From contig CAZMNX010000004.1 in the NCBI GenBank assembly GCA_964567825.1, positions 1-56,240 of the forward strand: DNA of 56,240 nucleotides, given 5' to 3'. A program made the position numbers and the translations under genes. The DNA is from an uncultured Candidatus Saccharibacteria bacterium. Its GTDB lineage: Bacteria > Patescibacteriota > Minisyncoccia > Phycocordibacterales > GWA1-40-21. Each line of letters begins with the position of its first letter. Position 1 is the first letter of the stretch. Shown here in pieces: positions 51,647 through 56,240 of this stretch. Below the pieces are notes generated by a model. That model did no database searches. It was given only the letters and a program-made list of their open reading frames with translations, and was not told where the DNA came from.

Positions 51647-51720
51647 TGGAGCCAAAGGTGAGAATCGGACTCACGTCTCTACTTTACGAAAGTAGTGTTC
51701 TGCCACTGAACTAATTTGGC
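51647..51720 (-). tRNA. tRNA-Thr(CGT), CCA encoded
   Basis: CTACT-TTCGTAA-AGTAG arm; T-loop reads TCCGATT. Confidence 0.9.
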
Positions 51721-51736
51721 CTGCCTTGATAATATT

Positions 51737-52786
51737 TCATTTCCCCTCTTTTTGCAAAGCAATTCCTTGGCAGATTTTTTTGATCAAACCGGGACCTTCG
51801 TAAATCATACCCGTGATCATATGAATCAAATCGGCACCGAGATCAAATTTAACTTTCGCATCTTCGTAGGAAAAAACGCCGCCACAGCCAATCACGGTAA
51901 AACGATCCTTGTATTCTTGTTTAGTTAAGGTAATCAGTTCATTTGAACGTTCAAAGCAGGGTTTTCCAGAAAGCCCACCACTGTACTTTGTAGGAACAAA
52001 ATCTCTTTTATCTATATAACTGTAATCTTTTTGTAAGTTACCAACAATCACCCCTTGAGCGTTGTGACGATCCAAGACCCCAAGTAATTGCACAAAAACA
52101 TTATCAGAAACATTTAAAGGCATCTTCACATATAAAGGTTTTAAGCGCGGCACCTTATCAATCTCAATAAAAAGTTTTTCCAATAATTCGGCGGTAGTAA
52201 AAGGCTCACCATTAAAAGTATTTGGGCAAGAAATATTGATTGTATAATAATCGCCAAGACCACTTTCCACTACTTTTTTTAAACTATAAACGTAATCGGC
52301 AATTCCCGCTTCGACCGTCGAAGCTTCTTTTTCATTAGTGCGAGCAATACTTAAACCCAGCACAAAATCTTTTATTTTTTTCTTCATGGCCAAACGTGCG
52401 AGTACAATATCCACCCCGTCATTTCGTAAGCCTTTATTTACTAAAATACTTTTAGAAAATGGCAAACGAGTTAAACGAGGCTTGGAATTACCCCCGCAAG
52501 GCTTCGCGGTGACCGAACCAATTTCTTCTCCACCAAACGATAAGGATGATAAAACCTGAGTGAGATGCGCATTATAGTCAAAGCCAGCGGAAAGTAGTAT
52601 CGGGGTTTTATAATGAACACCATCAACTGTTTTAGAAATATCTGGGCCACGATAACCATATACCCAGCTCAATAAAAAACGGCCCAAAGAAAATGAACCA
52701 AAAAATTCACCGGTCGCCACCATAAAATTATGCACGCCTTCGGGGCCAAATTTGAAGAGAATTGGTTTAATAACTTTTTTATACAT
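51737..52786 (-). CDS. pyrD: Dihydroorotate dehydrogenase (quinone, class 2)
   Basis: AGFD, GNSKPRL.RL, NISCPNT, GGLSGKP, IGCGG. Confidence 0.93.
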   Translation of the reverse strand: MYKKVIKPILFKFGPEGVHNFMVATGEFFGSFSLGRFLLSWVYGYRGPDISKTVDGVHYKTPILLSAGFDYNAHLTQVLSSLSFGGEEIGSVTAKPCGGNSKPRLTRLPFSKSILVNKGLRNDGVDIVLARLAMKKKIKDFVLGLSIARTNEKEASTVEAGIADYVYSLKKVVESGLGDYYTINISCPNTFNGEPFTTAELLEKLFIEIDKVPRLKPLYVKMPLNVSDNVFVQLLGVLDRHNAQGVIVGNLQKDYSYIDKRDFVPTKYSGGLSGKPCFERSNELITLTKQEYKDRFTVIGCGGVFSYEDAKVKFDLGADLIHMITGMIYEGPGLIKKICQGIALQKEGK

Positions 52787-52787
52787 C

Positions 52788-52863
52788 TGGAGCCATTGAT
52801 CGGGATTGAACCGATGACCTCGTCATTACCAATGACGTGCTCTACCAACTGAGCTACAATGGC
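52788..52863 (-). tRNA. tRNA-Thr(GGT), CCA encoded
   Basis: GCCATTG acceptor, CGTCA-TTGGTAA-TGACG. Confidence 0.95.
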
Positions 52864-52924
52864 CTCTGTACCTTTTAGTACTCAGACAGAATAGCTTATT
52901 TTCTGTATTTTTTCAATTGAGGTG

Positions 52925-52958
52925 CAAAAACCGCGGCCGATGGGCAACGCGGTTTTTG
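52925..52958 (-). terminator. Hairpin terminator after small ORF
   Basis: CAAAAACCGCG...CGCGGTTTTTG. Confidence 0.7.
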
Positions 52959-52969
52959 GGATGCTTGAT

Positions 52970-53152
52970 CTACCTCGGTAGAAGTTGGATCAAGCTGGCA
53001 CTATTCGAAACAGTTTGGCTTTTGACCAGAACAGTCGAAATAGTATCAAGGAACAAGAGGAAAGTGTCTTCTAGTGCGTGGAAAATTTCTGGCACTAGGA
53101 ACCGAATCATGATGATTGCTAAGCCTATCGACAAAATCTTAAATATCCCCAT
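52970..53152 (-). CDS. 60-aa small hydrophobic protein
   Basis: Own promoter, long leader and terminator; N-terminal TM. Confidence 0.65.
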   Translation of the reverse strand: MGIFKILSIGLAIIMIRFLVPEIFHALEDTFLLFLDTISTVLVKSQTVSNSASLIQLLPR

Positions 53153-53319
53153 AATAAATTAAGTTTGAAGGTAGGATTTCTGTGGTTCGACAACCACATA
53201 CGCATGATACATCACGCACTCCCCTCGCCGATTTTCCAAACTTACTCGGTTTAGAAACTCAACGAGTGGCGGTTCACATTTTTTATTTTCAAAGATCAAT
53301 CTAATCTCCCCACACTGGT

Positions 53320-53348
53320 AGTATAGCATATGTGCTATATTTTTGCAA
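53320..53348 (-). promoter_or_regulatory. Sigma70 promoter with overlapping palindrome
   Basis: TTGCAA-17 nt-TATACT; TATAGCA-TATG-TGCTATA at 53322-53339. Confidence 0.75.
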
Positions 53349-53417
53349 GCTAATTAGGGTAAACAAAGGGGCAAGTTGCAAATTTGCCCCTTGCCCCACT
53401 TTCGTGTCTTCCTCCTG

Positions 53418-54068
53418 TTACAACCCGAGAGCCTGAATGGCGAGCGTCGCCACGCCCTCTCTGGTTTGACTGCCGTCGATACGGTAGACTGGCACCCCCA
53501 TGGTGTTCAACCGCTGAACGGCCGGAATCTCCACCGAATCGTACAGTTCCTGCCGCCGGGCCATCGCCCCATCGGTGTCGTCGATGCGATTTTCACGCTT
53601 CGCCCGTTCCCGCATCCGATCGAGCCGCGTCTGTGCTGGCGTATCGACAAAAAGGCAGACGAGTTCGTACGGATAAGGAAAGTCCCGCATCAGCCGTGTG
53701 AATTCCTCGGCCTGCACCGGCATCCGAATGACTCCGTCGACGATGATGTCGGAAATGCCGTGCACCAATTTCTGGCATTCGCCGCCGAAAACCTCTCGGC
53801 AAACTGCCTGTTCGGCGTGATTGCCACTCTTGATCTGCTCAGCAACCATCGCTCCAACCACCGGATCATCGCGCTTCGCCAGAAGGCCGGCACTCATCGA
53901 GATCACTTGCGGTTCCAGGGGCCGATCCGGAACATGACCAGCGGCCAATTCCCGCTGGAGATACGCCCCAGACAAGTGGCCCTTAAGCCGGCTCACGACA
54001 TTGCCCTTGCCCGAGCAAGGACCACCGGCAATGATGATCACCTTAAAGACTCTTGGTTCCAAGTTCAA
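53418..54068 (-). CDS. Adenylate/nucleoside monophosphate kinase family protein (GC-rich)
   Basis: GGPCSGKG, IIVDG..R..QA, R.DD. Confidence 0.85.
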   Translation of the reverse strand: MNLEPRVFKVIIIAGGPCSGKGNVVSRLKGHLSGAYLQRELAAGHVPDRPLEPQVISMSAGLLAKRDDPVVGAMVAEQIKSGNHAEQAVCREVFGGECQKLVHGISDIIVDGVIRMPVQAEEFTRLMRDFPYPYELVCLFVDTPAQTRLDRMRERAKRENRIDDTDGAMARRQELYDSVEIPAVQRLNTMGVPVYRIDGSQTREGVATLAIQALGL

Positions 54069-54162
54069 ACTGACCTACCCTTCTTTTTTTCTCCCGTGAC
54101 ACAGCCAAACACTGCACCAACCATCCTTTATTAAACTAACAGCTTTTATATATTGAGTCAAA

Positions 54163-54188
54163 CAAAAAATCCCCGAAGGGACTTTTTG
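54163..54188 (-). terminator. Terminator after tRNA-Asp
   Basis: CAAAAAGTCCC-TTCG-GGGATTTTTTG. Confidence 0.85.
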
Positions 54189-54191
54189 ATT

Positions 54192-54498
54192 TGGCGCGGG
54201 CGATGGGTGCTGACCCCACGGCCTCTCCCGTGCACTAATTCACTATTTTCATAGTGGCATGGACTATATCTTTATCCTTCCCTTTCGGGTGAGGATACTC
54301 CGGTATCTAGTCTCTACGGCGCTCCTTCGCTTCGCTCAGGACCTACGGTCCAGGCTACTTTAAAGGTTCCCACGGTGTTCGCATATCTGCCTCATCGGCT
54401 GACTTAGCCTTCACCGTTATCCCAGAGAGTTTCAATCCGCATCTCGGCGGAAAGCTGCACGTCTACAGGGGAGTGCTCTACCGTTGAGCTACGCCCGC
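54192..54498 (-). tRNA. tRNA-Asp(GTC), intron-containing (exons 54498-54465 and 54232-54192)
   Basis: GCGGGCG/CGCCCGC-G-CCA; spliced arm CTCCC-CTGT^CAC-GGGAG; atypical T-loop GTCAGCA. Confidence 0.92.
54233..54464 (-). ncRNA. Group I intron (232 nt, no ORF) at tRNA position 35/36
   Basis: P1 CUGU/GCAG with U.G at the 5' splice site, P10 GUG/CAC, P7 elements GTAGAGACTA and AAGATATAGTCC, terminal omega-G. Confidence 0.92.
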
Positions 54499-55166
54499 GT
54501 GGCGATAAATTTCTCAAAAACTATGGCCTTTCTTTTTAAGAATAAACCATCTCCTTTGAGATCTATACTATTATACATAAAATCATATAATTTCAAAGCA
54601 TCTTTGGTACTATAAGATAAACGACAATAATTCTTCTTATTTTTTATTATTGAGCCCCCAACTAATCCAATGATTCTTAATTTATCTTTTAAAGTAAGTA
54701 AAAAATCTAAAGAACAAGAGGTGAAAGCACAAAGAATCGCTAAATCTGGCCTTGCTCTGGTTTTGTGTGTGTACCCCATCCAAACATTACCGTCGCCATC
54801 AAAATAACCACGAACAAAATCAGCAAAATATTTCTTAGGGATATTTGGTACAAAAAGACTTTTAGTTTTATTCTCTCTGTAACCAAGCCTGTTTAAATCT
54901 TCGCACATTTCCTTGCTTCCTATCTGCAAACGATATAAATTTCTATCATTCCCCTTTCCAATTCTCTCACCTATTTTATGTTCTGCACCGACACACTGTC
55001 TAATCTTATAAATCAAATCTTTATCGGTAATCTGAATGCTCCAAAAACTAGCTCCGCGTTTATTTACAGTAATATACCCATCCGCTGCGAAAAATCCCAA
55101 GACATAAGCCATCTCTGGCGTCCATTTTTTAAAAAAATCTTTATTTACTTTCCTGTAAATTGGCAC
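54489..55166 (-). CDS. Free-standing double-motif LAGLIDADG homing endonuclease
   Basis: AYVLGFFAADG and FVRGYFDGDG motifs; stop codon within tRNA-Asp 5' exon. Confidence 0.9.
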   Translation of the reverse strand: MPIYRKVNKDFFKKWTPEMAYVLGFFAADGYITVNKRGASFWSIQITDKDLIYKIRQCVGAEHKIGERIGKGNDRNLYRLQIGSKEMCEDLNRLGYRENKTKSLFVPNIPKKYFADFVRGYFDGDGNVWMGYTHKTRARPDLAILCAFTSCSLDFLLTLKDKLRIIGLVGGSIIKNKKNYCRLSYSTKDALKLYDFMYNSIDLKGDGLFLKRKAIVFEKFIATRA

Positions 55167-55172
55167 CCATTC

Positions 55173-55193
55173 ATTATATCACGTGACAGGAGA
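55173..55193 (-). promoter_or_regulatory. Extended -10 promoter (TGATATAAT) of the endonuclease overlapped by a tRNA-Asp anticodon-site mimic
   Basis: TCTCCTGTCACGTGA vs spliced tRNA TCCCCTGTCACGGGA (13/15); TATAAT 6 nt before GTG. Confidence 0.7.
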
Positions 55194-55207
55194 TTATACT
55201 AGACAAT

Positions 55208-56167
55208 TCAAATGCCTGCTTTCTTATTCCTTAAAATAAAACCTCCGACACCACCAGCCCCAAAAGGCATAACGAGTATATCCTTATCTGTATTTGGCCC
55301 AATACCCTTTTTTCTATCGTCTAAGACTTTTTCTAAGGCAATAAAAGCCCCAGAACAGGTAGGATTACCGTGTTCTTGTGCAACTTTTTTATGTAGATGA
55401 ATACCATAAATACCCTCCATTGTCTCTAGAAGTTTAGCATTTGGTTGGTGAGGAACAACATCATAATCTTTTAAATCAATCTGAAGTTTTTCTGCTACAA
55501 GAGCCGGAACAGCTGAAGCGGATTTGCTTACTTCTCTTCCATCCATCTCCCAGAAACCGCCAACAATCCCCAAGGCTTCGTCCGCGATAGTCGAGTTTAC
55601 AGAAAAAACATCCGTTATTTCGACAATACCTTCTGAATCATTTGACCACAAGGAAACACTCACTGCATCAGAAAAAAGGGCTTCCACATTACGATCCTTA
55701 ACCATTTTAGTTGGCCAGTCTTGGGTTACATATAAAGCATAAGTTCCGACCGGTTGATTCTGCAACCAGGTATTCATCGAATCGATTCCAACCGCCGAAC
55801 CACCACAACCCCAACCTTCATCACATACTTTTGTCTCTTCAGAAAAACCCGCCCTATGAGCAAAAGTTACCGTTAACGATTCATCCCTCGTCTTGCCATC
55901 TATAGTTATTGGATTAGTTGTTCCAAATATAGCCTTAATTTGCGACTGATCAATATTTGTCTCTTTAAGTAAAAGACGAAAACACTCCAAAGAAGCCTCA
56001 GTTGGAGATTCAGGGCCATTATCCCAAGAGTGTCCCTTTTCTTTTCCAGTCTTTTCTAAGACCCACCCTTTCGGTAGTCCATATTTATCCTCAATTTCAG
56101 CATTATCAATAGTTCTCTCTCCAAAGGAGTGTTTCAAACCAACCAATGACACTGGTAGCCTTTCCAT
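55208..56167 (-). CDS. FabH-like / thiolase-fold condensing enzyme
   Basis: Cys-His-Asn motifs GCGG, PHQPN, HGNPT; FGAG. Confidence 0.8.
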   Translation of the reverse strand: MERLPVSLVGLKHSFGERTIDNAEIEDKYGLPKGWVLEKTGKEKGHSWDNGPESPTEASLECFRLLLKETNIDQSQIKAIFGTTNPITIDGKTRDESLTVTFAHRAGFSEETKVCDEGWGCGGSAVGIDSMNTWLQNQPVGTYALYVTQDWPTKMVKDRNVEALFSDAVSVSLWSNDSEGIVEITDVFSVNSTIADEALGIVGGFWEMDGREVSKSASAVPALVAEKLQIDLKDYDVVPHQPNAKLLETMEGIYGIHLHKKVAQEHGNPTCSGAFIALEKVLDDRKKGIGPNTDKDILVMPFGAGGVGGFILRNKKAGI

Positions 56168-56214
56168 ATTTTAGATTATAACAAAGCGTAAACTAAAAGT
56201 CATTTTATACTTCC

Positions 56215-56240
56215 TGGTGCCGATGAATGGAATTGAACCA
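56215..56240 (-). tRNA. 3' end of a tRNA truncated by the window edge (identity unknown)
   Basis: TGGTTCAATTCCATTCATCGGCACCA: T-arm + acceptor 3' strand + CCA. Confidence 0.85.

Noticed and set aside
53376-54134. 252-aa + strand ORF
   Set aside because: Antisense shadow of the GC-rich kinase, which carries the recognisable motifs

Overview
Chromosomal window from a small-genome, AT-rich bacterium. Gene content and style point to Patescibacteria/CPR (Parcubacteria-like); this is an inference from a type IV pilus cluster, class II RNR, archaeal-type ProRS, shortened RF2, many leaderless genes and atypical tRNA T-loops. 1-7.8 kb is the right arm of an integrated element (zinc-ribbon membrane proteins, trypsin-like protease with Cys-rich repeats, primase-helicase, large serine recombinase) abutting tRNA-Phe. 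The rest is mostly housekeeping (lepA, murJ, rnpB, nrdJ, htpX/lemA, secG, rnj, pil genes, proS, tyrS, ftsEX, prfB, pyrD), with 8 complete tRNAs, one partial tRNA and accessory genes at tRNA 3' ends. Most notable: (1) tRNA-Asp split by an ORF-less group I intron, with a free-standing LAGLIDADG endonuclease gene running into the tRNA and a 13/15 copy of the intron-less anticodon site in that gene's own promoter; (2) both LAGLIDADG-type genes have stop codons overlapping the downstream tRNA, so RNase P would make non-stop mRNAs; (3) a recombinase leader RNA with three mutually crossing helices that hide the SD; (4) a repeated 16-bp junction motif punctuating accessory genes behind tRNA-Gln; (5) a radical SAM gene split at a T8 slippery run. 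All calls were made by eye; no databases were searched.
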